Origin: Deltaproteobacteria bacterium | GTDB lineage: Bacteria > Myxococcota_A > Polyangia > JAAYKL01 | Length of the DNA: 64,000 bases | Direction of reading: 5' to 3' | Assembly: GCA_016936575.1 (NCBI GenBank) | Contig: JAFGXQ010000045.1 | Coordinates: 70,664-134,663 of the forward strand | Shown: positions 47,202 through 57,115 of the stretch, in pieces | Layout: each line of letters starts with the position of its first letter | Numbering within the stretch: the stretch's first letter is position 1 | Program-made: the position numbers and the translations under genes | Notes under the pieces: generated by a model | What the model was told of the DNA's origin: nothing | Databases searched by the model: none | The model's input: the letters and a program-made list of their open reading frames with translations, nothing else

Positions 47202-49667
47202 CTATTTGATACCCAGTCGAATCTCCTGTATCGCACTTTTCAACATGGCCCGCTCCTGTGACGTGGCCGCAGTCATCAGCGCATGTTCCAACACCGGCAA
47301 CGAGGCTGTCGAATCTCGTTGAACCAGTCCGGAAATCGCTAAAAACCGCACATGCATATTTCTATCATTAATAATTCGTGTCTCCAGCGCAACACGCGCG
47401 CGATCGTCCATAATCGGAATCAATTCCTTCACCGCCTTATATCGGACCGTCGCACTTTTCGAATTTGTATAAAAAACCAAATCCTCGACGGTGGTTTTCG
47501 CAACCGACATCGGCACAGTGTATGTGCTTTCCTCTGCGCCCGCGACGCCCGGTTGTGCCTCCGCGCCCGCATGTTGCGACTGTTTCACCGTGGACTTTTC
47601 ACTTATGCGTTCAGCCTGTGTAGCTGCCAATCGTTCCTGCTCAGCAGCGGCACGTTCCTCCCGCTCTCGGCGTTTGGCTTCTTGGGCTTCTTCTCGGGCG
47701 AGGCGCTTGGCCTCCTCAGCCTCTTCACGTGCGATTCGCTTGGCTTCTATCTCTTCTTCCTTTTTCAGCCGCGCCAACTCTTTCTCTCTCTCCCGCTCCT
47801 GACGCGCCAGTTCCTGCTCCGCTTTCTTACGTTCTTTTTCTGCACGGCGCTCTTCCTCTTCGGCTTTCCGTTTCTCTATGGCCGCACGCTTTTGTTCCTC
47901 GCGTTCAAGCCGCTTCTGCTCCGCGAGCGCTTTTTTCTCTTCAGCTTTTCTTCTGGCGTCTTCAGCCTTCTGACGTTTTTCCTCTTCCCGCTGTGCTTTC
48001 AATTCCGCCAGGCGTTGTTTTTCTGCTTCCTTCTTCGCCAGTGCCGCCAGCCGCTGTTCTTCTTTCAGTCGTTCCCTCGCCTCTTGGGCCTTCTGTCTCT
48101 CTGCGGCAGCAACCGCTCGCTCCTCTTCAGCCTTTTTATGTGCGTCTTCGGCAGCGATGCGTTGTTCCTCTTCCAGTCGCTCTTTTTCAGCCAGTTTTTT
48201 GGCTTTGTCCGCCCTTCGCGCGGCTTCCGTCTCTTTCCTTCTGGCTTCTTCCTCTTGTCGCTGCATTTCTTTTTCGCGCGCCGCCGCTTCCGTTGCCAAT
48301 CGGCGCTCTTCAGCTTTCTGTTTTAACTCTTCTTCGCGTTTCGCGTTCGCCTCATCTCGTTTTCGCTTTTCTTCTTCACGCTTCGCTGCGAGCGCCGCTT
48401 TGCGTTCTTCGTCTTCACGCCGCTTTTCTTCAAGCGCGGCCTGTCTTTGTGCGTCCTGTTCCTTTTTTAATGCAAGCTTACGTTCCTTCGCCTCCTCGAC
48501 TTTCCGCATTGCCTCTTCCTGAGCAAAACGTTTCTTTTCAGCACGTTCCTTCTTGGCGGCTTCCAACGCAGCACGCTTTTCTGCAAGTTCCTGTTTTCGT
48601 TTTTCCGCAGCGGCTTCACGCGCCGCAGCGCGCTCTTGACGTTCCGCCTCCCTAGCGAGTTTTCGCTCTTCAGCTTCCTTCTCGCGCTGCTCTTTTTCCA
48701 ACCGTCGTTTTTCAGCTGCCTCGAACGCCGCCTGTTCTTTTTCAGCCTTTTTCTTTTCGGCCTCGGTCATCTCCACCGCAACAGGCTCTTCGATTTGCCC
48801 CGTGTCCGCTTCTGCAACTTTTTGTCCCTCATCCGTCTCGTTCTCCGACGTCCCGTTTTGTTTCGCTTCCTGCTCCTCCTTCATCGAAGGAGGTAGTTCA
48901 TCGGCTTCCTCTTCTCCCCTTCGCTCCGCAAAAATTTCGTCGGCAAGACTCTTATCGGTAACAACATCTTCACCTTTTAAAATAGATTTAATCCGATCTG
49001 TCTCCGCAACGATTCGATACGCCATATCACGGGTGATCTCAGTACCGCCGACGGCCATATATTCCTTGTATTTTTTATACGCCCAATCCCACTGTTTCGC
49101 CTTTGACGCACAAAGCGCCGACTCCAATAACAACGTATAATCCTGATTGTACTGATAGGCTGTATCGTAACTCTTGTACGCGGTTACATAGTCTTCTATT
49201 TCAATGGCTTCTTCCGCTTCAATCACCGCCACCGTTGAGCGAAGCCACTGGCCCGCCACGCTTGCGCCGACGACATCTCCGTCAGCGGCATCAATTCGTT
49301 CGATTTCCCCGCGCAGCGATTCAGTCTGCGTCTTGTCCAGCTTCTTGGAATCCACCAATGCCTGGTACCGCTTTCTGGCTTCTTTGTAGTCTTTGGCTAA
49401 AAACGCAAAATGAGCCAATGCGATTTCATACTTGATGAGAGGCTCTTTCTGACTGGCCGCGGTTACTTCAGCGACCGCACCGTCAAAGTCACGCGCCTGC
49501 GCCTTCTCGAGCCCCAAACGCCAATGGGCAGTTGCGGACATTGTGGAGTCCACCGATTGAACCGGAACATTCTGTTTGGAGCATCCCCATACGAAGAAAC
49601 ATACACACACAACAAATATCAACCGTACATTTGATTTCTCGCGCAATCCCATTTTGGACTCCTTCAC
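47202..49667 (-). CDS. Secreted TPR protein with a ~400-aa E/K/R/A-rich charged coiled-coil (TolA-domain-II-like) and C-terminal HEAT/PBS-lyase-like repeats
   Basis: Signal peptide plus lipobox-like VWGCSK and N-terminal TPR-like helices. A long run of AEKRRLEKEQREKEAEERKLAREAERQ... follows. The C-terminus is VRFLAISGLVQRDSTASLPVLEHAL. The repetitive coding generates many shadow ORFs (47352..48326, 47729..48655, etc.). Confidence 0.55.
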   Translation of the reverse strand: MKESKMGLREKSNVRLIFVVCVCFFVWGCSKQNVPVQSVDSTMSATAHWRLGLEKAQARDFDGAVAEVTAASQKEPLIKYEIALAHFAFLAKDYKEARKRYQALVDSKKLDKTQTESLRGEIERIDAADGDVVGASVAGQWLRSTVAVIEAEEAIEIEDYVTAYKSYDTAYQYNQDYTLLLESALCASKAKQWDWAYKKYKEYMAVGGTEITRDMAYRIVAETDRIKSILKGEDVVTDKSLADEIFAERRGEEEADELPPSMKEEQEAKQNGTSENETDEGQKVAEADTGQIEEPVAVEMTEAEKKKAEKEQAAFEAAEKRRLEKEQREKEAEERKLAREAERQERAAAREAAAEKRKQELAEKRAALEAAKKERAEKKRFAQEEAMRKVEEAKERKLALKKEQDAQRQAALEEKRREDEERKAALAAKREEEKRKRDEANAKREEELKQKAEERRLATEAAAREKEMQRQEEEARRKETEAARRADKAKKLAEKERLEEEQRIAAEDAHKKAEEERAVAAAERQKAQEARERLKEEQRLAALAKKEAEKQRLAELKAQREEEKRQKAEDARRKAEEKKALAEQKRLEREEQKRAAIEKRKAEEEERRAEKERKKAEQELARQEREREKELARLKKEEEIEAKRIAREEAEEAKRLAREEAQEAKRREREERAAAEQERLAATQAERISEKSTVKQSQHAGAEAQPGVAGAEESTYTVPMSVAKTTVEDLVFYTNSKSATVRYKAVKELIPIMDDRARVALETRIINDRNMHVRFLAISGLVQRDSTASLPVLEHALMTAATSQERAMLKSAIQEIRLGIK

Positions 49668-49757
49668 ATACTAAAAACGATTTAATGAATCTTAGTATAG
49701 CACAACACCCAGCGCACCCCAACGCGGGAGAACGCAAAGCACGACACTTTTTTCATT

Positions 49758-50111
49758 CTACTTTGAAAGGTAATCCTGAAGGGCCCGGAACTGCGCTTCC
49801 AGCTCTCCCACCAGCTCAGACACAATACCCAATTCGCCATTCTTTCCAGCCTTTTCAATTTCGTAGGCAATTTGACGCATTCGCAACGCGGACACGTTGC
49901 TAGACGCCCCTTTGATAGTGTGCCCCTGGCGCACAATCTGGTCCTGATCACCACTGGACTGCGCATGTTTCAATGTTTCAATCTGATGAGGTGTATCCTC
50001 GAGATATACACTGACCACTTCGCTCACCAATTCCTCGTCATCACACAACCGCGAAAGAAGCGCTTCCTTGTCAAAAATTTTTGTATCGGTAATATTTGTC
50101 ATTTCTATCAT
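49758..50111 (-). CDS. Histidine phosphotransfer (Hpt) single-domain protein
   Basis: HTIKGASSNVSALRMRQIAYEIE matches the Hpt signature (H.KG.......L). Start preferred at MIEMTNI, with a G-rich SD. Confidence 0.6.
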   Translation of the reverse strand: MIEMTNITDTKIFDKEALLSRLCDDEELVSEVVSVYLEDTPHQIETLKHAQSSGDQDQIVRQGHTIKGASSNVSALRMRQIAYEIEKAGKNGELGIVSELVGELEAQFRALQDYLSK

Positions 50112-50252
50112 TTTTCCCCCCAAGTGAACGACGAATGTACAAATTTTCAACACCGGTTCACCGTATAAAGATACTATCGCCCTGCTGTAATGCAAGCCCT
50201 GAACCCACAGGGGAATCGGTCAAAACAGCTGATATCGATACAATCTCAATAG

Positions 50253-52109
50253 TTACTGCATGTTAGCGTGTACCGTCGAATCCATGACCGGTTCTAATTG
50301 ATAGTCGAACAACACCGGTTTTCTTCCGTCGCTCTTGATGGTTTCGCTGACTGTCGCCAAAATCGCCTGGTGCGACTCTGTTGCTTTCCCCGAGTCAATC
50401 AGTGCCGCAACCTCAGATACCCGAGCACCGTAAATGGATGTCAACAGCACCTGCAGATAGGATTGTACCGAATTGAAAAACGGTACCGGATAAAACGCCA
50501 GTTGTTTGGCTTGGGCATTATAAACCATCCCGTGTCCGGCGAAACCGATTTCGAGTAACTTCTTGCATACCTGCTGTTCCTCCTTATTCGATGAAGCTGT
50601 GCCGCTTAGCCACCGCGCTGCCAATGCAATCCCCCGTTCTGAGACTCCCGCATCATCAATTCGTCCCATCTCCCGCTCCATAGACACAATCCATGCCGTC
50701 GTCACCTGCACAAGAATCGAAATCAACTGCGACCATTGCTTTCGATACAACTGTTTCAAACCAATCTGCTTGCCATTCTCTGTGTCAATCACTGTCCACT
50801 CCGCAGGCAACAGTGATGATGCCAGCTCTTGCGACACTCGATTCAACAGCGCCGAATCCACACTCAGCACCACTAGGGGCATCACCGTATTCAGGGAACG
50901 GGCATCCTCCTCCAACTGTGCACTAAAACGGTTCAAATCAACAATGACCTTTTCAGCAGGCAGATGCCCCACAGAGTGAATATGCCGAACAGCCGACAAG
51001 TCGCTGAAGCGAGCATGCCCCGCCGCAATCCAAGTATCTCGAACTTCAATCGACGGAATCATCGGTTTTCCCTTGTTCAGTGGCATATTTTCCGAATGCA
51101 TCGCAGTCAGCGAATCGTACAGCTCCTCGTAATGTGCCGTAAACCAATCGGTGAATTCATTCGCGGGAAGATACGGTCTGGCCAGTTGAAACTCAAACGC
51201 TTGCTTCACACCGTAGACATCAAGATCCGTCTCGAACGCACCGAAAAGAATCCGCCACGGACCGGCCTTCCCGTCCAACACCCGCTGGTCAATACCGAAC
51301 GTGTCGATATTTCCCTCCCCGGTAATTTGAGAAAGAACCGACAGAAGTTCTCGATCCGTTCGCGCAACCATAGACGCCGCATCTGAAAAAAGCCGTGACA
51401 ACGCTGCGAAGAATTCCTTGAATCTAGGATGTGCAACGTATGAAGAAACCGTCAGTCTGCCGTTGTCTCGTTCAACCAATCCGAACGGGCTGAGCAGCTC
51501 CTTTGAATTGATCAGAGTAGACAGGTTTTCAAATTCCCGCGACGTGAAGTCCATGGGCCAAAATATCGTCCCGGTATTTCGGGGTGGAATCGAGGCGACA
51601 GCATTGCATTGAAGCGCTTTAGAGAACCGACACCATGGCCCGGCATATCGATCAAATATCGCCCGCTCTACCGGTTCACCGGATTTCCGCAGTTGTTCTT
51701 CCCATATCAGATTGGAACTGTTTACCTGAAGTTTATAGATGTCGTCCACTACCTTTGCCGCCTGCTGCATGACCTGCAACAGCGGTTGCGCGGACGCAAC
51801 TGTCTCGAGAGAATGTGTGATGGTGCGAACATCCGCCGATTCAAGTTCGTGCTGCAGCATTTGAAAGCGCTCCCGGGACTGCTCAGTATCCAGGGCTATA
51901 TTCTCTCGCGCAGAATCAATATTTTTTTTTGTTGAAGGCGACGCTTGAAACAAAGTGTCATCCTCAACCAAACGACGCGGTTCCGTTTTTCCCGGCACCG
52001 CATCGGGAATTCTCTCCTCTGCGAAAAAATTGCAGCTGCTCAACGCAACAACAATAAGCAATGAAAAAAACAAGAGCGCGTTCGATTTCAATCGGCCTGG
52101 ATACATCAT
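50253..52109 (-). CDS. Large lipoprotein of unknown function (~620 aa)
   Basis: ORF track gives 50253..52208; start preferred at MMYPGRLKSNALLFFSLLIVVALSSCNF (lipobox LSSC). No recognisable catalytic motif. Confidence 0.4.
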   Translation of the reverse strand: MMYPGRLKSNALLFFSLLIVVALSSCNFFAEERIPDAVPGKTEPRRLVEDDTLFQASPSTKKNIDSARENIALDTEQSRERFQMLQHELESADVRTITHSLETVASAQPLLQVMQQAAKVVDDIYKLQVNSSNLIWEEQLRKSGEPVERAIFDRYAGPWCRFSKALQCNAVASIPPRNTGTIFWPMDFTSREFENLSTLINSKELLSPFGLVERDNGRLTVSSYVAHPRFKEFFAALSRLFSDAASMVARTDRELLSVLSQITGEGNIDTFGIDQRVLDGKAGPWRILFGAFETDLDVYGVKQAFEFQLARPYLPANEFTDWFTAHYEELYDSLTAMHSENMPLNKGKPMIPSIEVRDTWIAAGHARFSDLSAVRHIHSVGHLPAEKVIVDLNRFSAQLEEDARSLNTVMPLVVLSVDSALLNRVSQELASSLLPAEWTVIDTENGKQIGLKQLYRKQWSQLISILVQVTTAWIVSMEREMGRIDDAGVSERGIALAARWLSGTASSNKEEQQVCKKLLEIGFAGHGMVYNAQAKQLAFYPVPFFNSVQSYLQVLLTSIYGARVSEVAALIDSGKATESHQAILATVSETIKSDGRKPVLFDYQLEPVMDSTVHANMQ

Positions 52110-52394
52110 CTTGGACAGCATGACAAACTTGAGAATAAAAAACAAAAAAAGGGAGTGCGAATCACCAACGCAAACCAAAGTGAACCGCACTCCCGGAACT
52201 GGGCACATCGCGTAGGATAAAGGAGGAGACCACGCGATACATAAAATATAGCACCCCCGATTTCACTTGCCAGCGGCTCCCTGGCGTTTTGTATTCGCTC
52301 CCGCTTTTTCATCGTGTAGGTAACGAAAATGTCAACATAATTCAGAAAACAGAAAATAATCCAGGCGTAATACACGACCGCCTGCAGGTATGCG

Positions 52395-53150
52395 CTAAAG
52401 CAAAAACGGTATGACCGCTTTGCGTTCAGCGGGGTATTCGGGGAATGTATTTTTGTACCACTTATGATTGGAGATTGCGCGAGGGATCAGGTTCGCTGCG
52501 GTGAACACGGCGAATGCCGCACCCGCCGGGCTCCAGGTAAGAATGGCGAAGCCGCACCATTCCACCAACTCTCCGAAATACGCAGGCATCGAAACGAATC
52601 GAAACAATCCGCCGTAAGGTATTTTGTAGCCGGACTCTCCCGGCGCACGTAGCCGAATCAGAATATTGTCGCTCTGACGATTGATGAACATCCCAACAAA
52701 AAAAATTGCCGTGCCGACTATAAACGGAATACTGTACAGCCAACTGATGTCACGTACCGGCCCCACAAAAAAAAGCCACGCACCGTTCAGAAATCCATTC
52801 CATACATTAAAAAACATGGCCATCGCCACGACGGAAACCGGCATCTTTCGGTTGTTTCCTTTTCGCTTAAACGGAAACACGTAGGTGCGATACATATAAT
52901 GCGTTTGCCAAATCAGCAAACAAACCACCACCGTCACATTGTTGAGCCTATCGCTGAACAGATACATCAGCGTGATGGTCAGCACCGCCGGCGACTCCAT
53001 GACCACCCACCCCACCGTGCTTGAAATCAGCGGTCCCCACCCGTTTCTCGAAAACCTCCCATACGGTGCGGTGACAAACCGCAGCATGATTGCCACCAAT
53101 GCCGCAATACCCAGCAGCGACCACAACAAGACCGTGAACAGCTGTTCCAT
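52395..53150 (-). CDS. Steroid 5-alpha-reductase family membrane oxidoreductase (3-oxo-5-alpha-steroid 4-dehydrogenase C-terminal-domain family)
   Basis: The C-terminus IPYGGLFRFVSMPAYFGELVEWCGFAI...NHKWYKNTFPEYPAERKAVIPFLL parallels human SRD5A (IPRGGLFEYVSGANFLGEIIEWIGYAL...YPKSRKALIPFIF). Multi-TM. Start preferred at MEQLFTV. A hairpin plus T-run overlaps the stop. Confidence 0.8.
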   Translation of the reverse strand: MEQLFTVLLWSLLGIAALVAIMLRFVTAPYGRFSRNGWGPLISSTVGWVVMESPAVLTITLMYLFSDRLNNVTVVVCLLIWQTHYMYRTYVFPFKRKGNNRKMPVSVVAMAMFFNVWNGFLNGAWLFFVGPVRDISWLYSIPFIVGTAIFFVGMFINRQSDNILIRLRAPGESGYKIPYGGLFRFVSMPAYFGELVEWCGFAILTWSPAGAAFAVFTAANLIPRAISNHKWYKNTFPEYPAERKAVIPFLL

Positions 53151-53154
53151 CAAG

Positions 53155-54135
53155 TTATCCTTTCTGCGACCGATGCCACGCCACCGTATCGGCAATCGTC
53201 TCTTCAAACGCCCTCGGCGTGATTCCTAACATCGTTTTCATTTTGTCGCTAGACAGGTTACCGTGCGTATGCAATGCGCGAACGGACTCCCGGGTAAAAA
53301 CCGGCGTTCTGCCCATCAGATTCGCAAAACCTTCATAAACCGGCGCAGTGAGGCGTGCCAGCCACAATGGACACACAAACCACGGCACCGGCACTTGGGA
53401 AACGGCGCAAACCGCAGCGGCAAATTGCGACACACTGCGATAATGCCCTCCGACAATAAATACACTTCCGGTTTCAGCCACATCGACCGCACGAAGCATT
53501 ACCCGCGCAACGTCGCGGACATCCACCCAGTTGGAACCGCCTGCAACCAACGCTCCCATACGACGTGACATCAACTGCCGGACCACACCTCCGAGCGACG
53601 ATGGCTTGTGATCTGACGGCCCCACAACTCCGGTCGGACACACCACCACTGCATGCGTCCCCTCTGATGCGGCCTGCAGGATGATTTTCTGAGCCGCCGC
53701 TTTGCTGCGATCGTACATGGGAGCACGGGAATCTGAGACGAGCGGAGACAACTCATTCAACACCTCATCCTGAGTGTCTGCGAACGCGTGAATCGTGCTG
53801 CAATAAACCAGCTTCAGCTGTTTATGCGATCGGCACGCATCCACCACGGTCCGGGTTCCCTCCACATTCACCCGCCACATCCGCGCTGTGTCATTTTCCT
53901 GTAGAGGTAACACGCCCGCCAAATGAAACACGGCGTCGGAACCGGAAAATGCCTCGATTAGAAAATCAACGTCCAGAATGTCTCCATATTTCACCTGAAT
54001 GGGCAATGCAGATACATACGGTGTTTCTTTGCGCAACAGGGCGACGACTTCCCAATTGTTATCGAGTAAATGCCGAATCAGATTGATTCCGATATGGCCG
54101 GCCGCACCGGTGACTACCGCTTTCATGCCTGCCAT
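53155..54135 (-). CDS. NAD(P)-dependent epimerase/dehydratase-family SDR (3beta-hydroxysteroid dehydrogenase / dihydroflavonol-reductase-like)
   Basis: Rossmann GxxGxxG (VVTGAAGHIGINLIRHLL) and catalytic YDRSK (YxxxK). 326 aa. 4 nt from the 5-alpha-reductase gene. Confidence 0.75.
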   Translation of the reverse strand: MAGMKAVVTGAAGHIGINLIRHLLDNNWEVVALLRKETPYVSALPIQVKYGDILDVDFLIEAFSGSDAVFHLAGVLPLQENDTARMWRVNVEGTRTVVDACRSHKQLKLVYCSTIHAFADTQDEVLNELSPLVSDSRAPMYDRSKAAAQKIILQAASEGTHAVVVCPTGVVGPSDHKPSSLGGVVRQLMSRRMGALVAGGSNWVDVRDVARVMLRAVDVAETGSVFIVGGHYRSVSQFAAAVCAVSQVPVPWFVCPLWLARLTAPVYEGFANLMGRTPVFTRESVRALHTHGNLSSDKMKTMLGITPRAFEETIADTVAWHRSQKG

Positions 54136-54369
54136 TGTAGAGGGAAACCCGATAAGAGGGCAAAAAAAAATCCTCCAAAGTGCCGTAGGTTAAGCGGTGA
54201 CCCGCTGACGCTGCAAGTGGGTTCCATATCGCTGCTTAAGGCTTCCAATCGAATGGCTTGCACACCGCAACGAGAGCTGAATCCCTATTTTCTGGTACAG
54301 CTGGGTCACATATCGCAGCGTTACGTACACTTCAGAGGACTCACACTATAAATTTGGCCACAGAATCGG

Positions 54370-54387
54370 TTTTGCGCAAGCGCAAAA
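54370..54387. promoter_or_regulatory. Near-perfect palindrome TTTTGCGC-AA-GCGCAAAA (8-2-8) about 45-85 bp upstream of the 54431/54470 gene; candidate dimeric-regulator operator
   Basis: Read directly. Followed by aagactcatttttttt. Confidence 0.25.
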
Positions 54388-54469
54388 AAGACTCATTTTT
54401 TTTCGGTGCCAAGTAGTATCGGAACCTTGAATGCTGTACATATTTGAATGTTTTGATAAAAGGCGGATC

Positions 54470-54922
54470 ATGGAACGAAAACAGCACATTCATTTAGAAC
54501 GAAATTATTTAATCGCCAGCGCCGCAGCCATCTTCACGGCATTCTTATGTATCAATCTTTATCCGGACTATCACGGCGGCCCGCAAATCGGCCGGTCCGG
54601 ATTGCTGGCACTTTCGGCTGCGATGATTGCAATGATGATCTATATTGTACACAAAGCATTAACCGATAAAAAAAATAGCGAAGAACAGAAAAACGAGGAA
54701 CCGGTCAGCGATCCGGCGCGACTTAAAAAGATGTTCTTCCTTTGGTCGGGGTTCACTGTCTTGCTCAGTGCTTCCCTAGTACGTTATCCTATATATTTTT
54801 ATATTAAAGAGAACCAACCATTCGATACCCAAGGCATCGTCAGCCTTGTGCTCGGCGTCGTGCTGACTATCGGAACCGTGCTCCACGTTGCTATTCGTGT
54901 GAAACAGTACCGAAAACTTTGA
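54470..54922 (+). CDS. Small integral membrane protein (4 TM), unknown function
   Basis: Hydrophobic helices ASAAAIFTAFLCINLY, LLALSAAMIAMMIYIV, FFLWSGFTVLLSASLV, VSLVLGVVLTIGTVLHV. Start preferred at MERKQH. Confidence 0.4.
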   Translation: MERKQHIHLERNYLIASAAAIFTAFLCINLYPDYHGGPQIGRSGLLALSAAMIAMMIYIVHKALTDKKNSEEQKNEEPVSDPARLKKMFFLWSGFTVLLSASLVRYPIYFYIKENQPFDTQGIVSLVLGVVLTIGTVLHVAIRVKQYRKL

Positions 54923-54966
54923 CCCCGCTGCAAAATCACCTTACCAGCGGTATCCGTTGACACCCG

Positions 54967-55479
54967 GTGAAGAATCACTACCATTGCCCCATGTCAAGCG
55001 ACTCATCACCATCTCCTGAGCAGGCCATTTTACCAGATATCAGATTGTCTATTTGCCACACGGCGCTGGCCGGCGGTTTTCTGCTGCTGAATATTCAAAA
55101 CCCCTACAAACTGGAAAACATCATGTACCTCATCATCATGAGCGCCATGCCCATCGTGGCGGTCATCAGTTGGTACTTTTTCGTCAAACGGCTTCAAGTG
55201 TGGAAAAAAATTCCACCGGAGATACGAAACCGGATTACCCGTACGCCGGCGGCACTGAAAAACCGGGCGTTCTCTCACATGCTCATGTCTCTGCTGGCCG
55301 CATCGCTGACAGCGCTCGGGTACATCGGTCACCTCATCAGTCCCCTGCAGGAACAGTACAACAAAGTTATCGAAATCATTGTGCTGTCTCTCGATGGGCT
55401 CATCGGTGTGGTTGCGATTGCCGTGCTTGCGCGAACGGTGCGCGATTTGTTCACCTTCTTCGCTGCCCAACGTTCATAA
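54967..55479 (+). CDS. Small integral membrane protein (4 TM), unknown function; similar size and topology to the preceding gene
   Basis: Hydrophobic helices LAGGFLLLNI, LIIMSAMPIVAVISWYFFV, MLMSLLAASLTALGYIGHLI, IIVLSLDGLIGVVAIAVLA. Confidence 0.4.
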   Translation: MKNHYHCPMSSDSSPSPEQAILPDIRLSICHTALAGGFLLLNIQNPYKLENIMYLIIMSAMPIVAVISWYFFVKRLQVWKKIPPEIRNRITRTPAALKNRAFSHMLMSLLAASLTALGYIGHLISPLQEQYNKVIEIIVLSLDGLIGVVAIAVLARTVRDLFTFFAAQRS

Positions 55480-55604
55480 CCCCATTTTTCCATTTTTTTT
55501 GTTTTCACCTCCGAATCTTCTACTCTCTGCTGTAGAGGCAAACATTCGAAATCGACTACAGAGGCAAAAAGCAGACGATTTCAATTAGTCCCGGGAGGAA
55601 AACA

Positions 55605-57104
55605 ATGGCACTGCATACATATGGATTGCCGGAACGATGGTTCTGCGCATTGATTTTTATTGGATTCGGCTGTTCTACGGTGGTAGGCCCCGAAAACGCC
55701 GAGGAAGAACCCACCCCATCAGTGGATACATATTCGATGGATATGCCCACAGGTGTTCAACAAACCACATCAATTGACGAATCCGATGCGGCCACGCGAA
55801 CAGCCGATTCACAATCTGACGCCGACAAAGATAAACCTGATGCAAGTGCCGATCCGAACATCGACAACGAAATATCGATCCTGGACAGCTGTTCCTCAGA
55901 TTTGCCAAACGTGATTTATGTGGATGCCCATAACATTCAAAGTCAGGACGGCTTGAGTTGGCAGACAGCGTATTCAAAAATTCAACCGGCAATCGACACG
56001 GCGAACGCTATTGCCGCGAAGTGTGGCCGACACGTTGCGGTCTGGGTGAAGGCAGGTCACTACTATCTGTACGAAGCCGATGCGCCATACGGCGTTCTGG
56101 TTCGTGAAAAAGTTCATCTGTATGGCGGATTCACCGGGAATGAATCAACGGCAAATGACCGGGAAATCAAAACTTCTCCAACCATTCTGGACGCGCGAGC
56201 GAATGAAACGGCCGACCTGCGCCTGCCCCATGTAGCGGTTCTGGAGGATGCTTCGGTTCTGGACGGTGTTGTACTGACCGGCGGCTATGCGGGCGGTACC
56301 GGATTGGCGGGAATGGGCGGTGCACTGATGATTTCAAATGCATCGGTGCAACTGAGAAATGTGAACTTCATCGGGAATGTCAGTGCCTTGTCGGGAGGGG
56401 CGGTAGTTATAAAAGACAGCGACGTCTCAATAGAAAACTGTCATTTTGAATCAAACTTCACCGATGGTGACGGCGGGGCGGTACACGCAGAAAACGCAAC
56501 GATTGCCTGCACTCAGAGTACGTTCCTCGACAACCGAGCTGCCGGATACGGCGGGGCAGTTGTTGCACAGAACACCACGATGACCTTCGAAAAAAATATT
56601 TTCACCGGCAACAACGCGACCGGGGGGGGTGCCGTATCCGCCGGGGAAAGCACTTTCACTGCGACCAACTCGCTGTTTGCCGACAATACCGGATTCTTCG
56701 GCGGCGCGGTATATCTGCTCAATTACCAGATCCTATCAGTGCTCAACTGCACGTTCGCCGACAATTACGCCCAGGACAGCGGAGCTTCCCTGCTACTGGA
56801 AATCGGCAATGAAACGGTTTCGAGCGCTATTGTGAATAGCATCTTCGCAGGCGGGTACCCGAATGAACTGGCGTTGAACGATTATGCGGACGGCGATTCA
56901 GAAATATCGATTCTATGGAACGCGATTGAGGGTGGATACGCCGGAGAAGGCAATATCGATGCAGCCCCGATTTTTGAGGCAGACTCTTACATGCTTACCG
57001 AAGGTTCCCCCTGTGTGAACGCAGCGCTTGACGAAATGGCTCCCCATGATGATATTAACGGCAAACCAAGAACCAGCGCAGACATGGGCGCATATGAACT
57101 GTAG
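55605..57104 (+). CDS. Lipoprotein with right-handed parallel beta-helix (PMP/pectate-lyase-like) repeats
   Basis: Lipobox GFGCST. Repeated GGA(V/I) turns: DGDGGAVHAENATIACTQSTFLDNRAAGYGGAVVAQNTTMTFEKNIFTGNNATGGGAVSAGESTFTATNSLFADNTGFFGGAVYL. Confidence 0.6.
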   Translation: MALHTYGLPERWFCALIFIGFGCSTVVGPENAEEEPTPSVDTYSMDMPTGVQQTTSIDESDAATRTADSQSDADKDKPDASADPNIDNEISILDSCSSDLPNVIYVDAHNIQSQDGLSWQTAYSKIQPAIDTANAIAAKCGRHVAVWVKAGHYYLYEADAPYGVLVREKVHLYGGFTGNESTANDREIKTSPTILDARANETADLRLPHVAVLEDASVLDGVVLTGGYAGGTGLAGMGGALMISNASVQLRNVNFIGNVSALSGGAVVIKDSDVSIENCHFESNFTDGDGGAVHAENATIACTQSTFLDNRAAGYGGAVVAQNTTMTFEKNIFTGNNATGGGAVSAGESTFTATNSLFADNTGFFGGAVYLLNYQILSVLNCTFADNYAQDSGASLLLEIGNETVSSAIVNSIFAGGYPNELALNDYADGDSEISILWNAIEGGYAGEGNIDAAPIFEADSYMLTEGSPCVNAALDEMAPHDDINGKPRTSADMGAYEL

Positions 57105-57115
57105 AGGATGACAAT

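Noticed and set aside
47352-49140. Multiple long plus-strand ORFs (47352..48326, 47729..48655, 48157..48522, 48636..48896, 48802..49140)
   Set aside because: They are antisense or shifted frames of the E/K/R/A-rich coiled-coil gene. Their translations are Leu/Phe/Ser/Arg homopolymer-like and are products of the repetitive GC-skewed coding strand.
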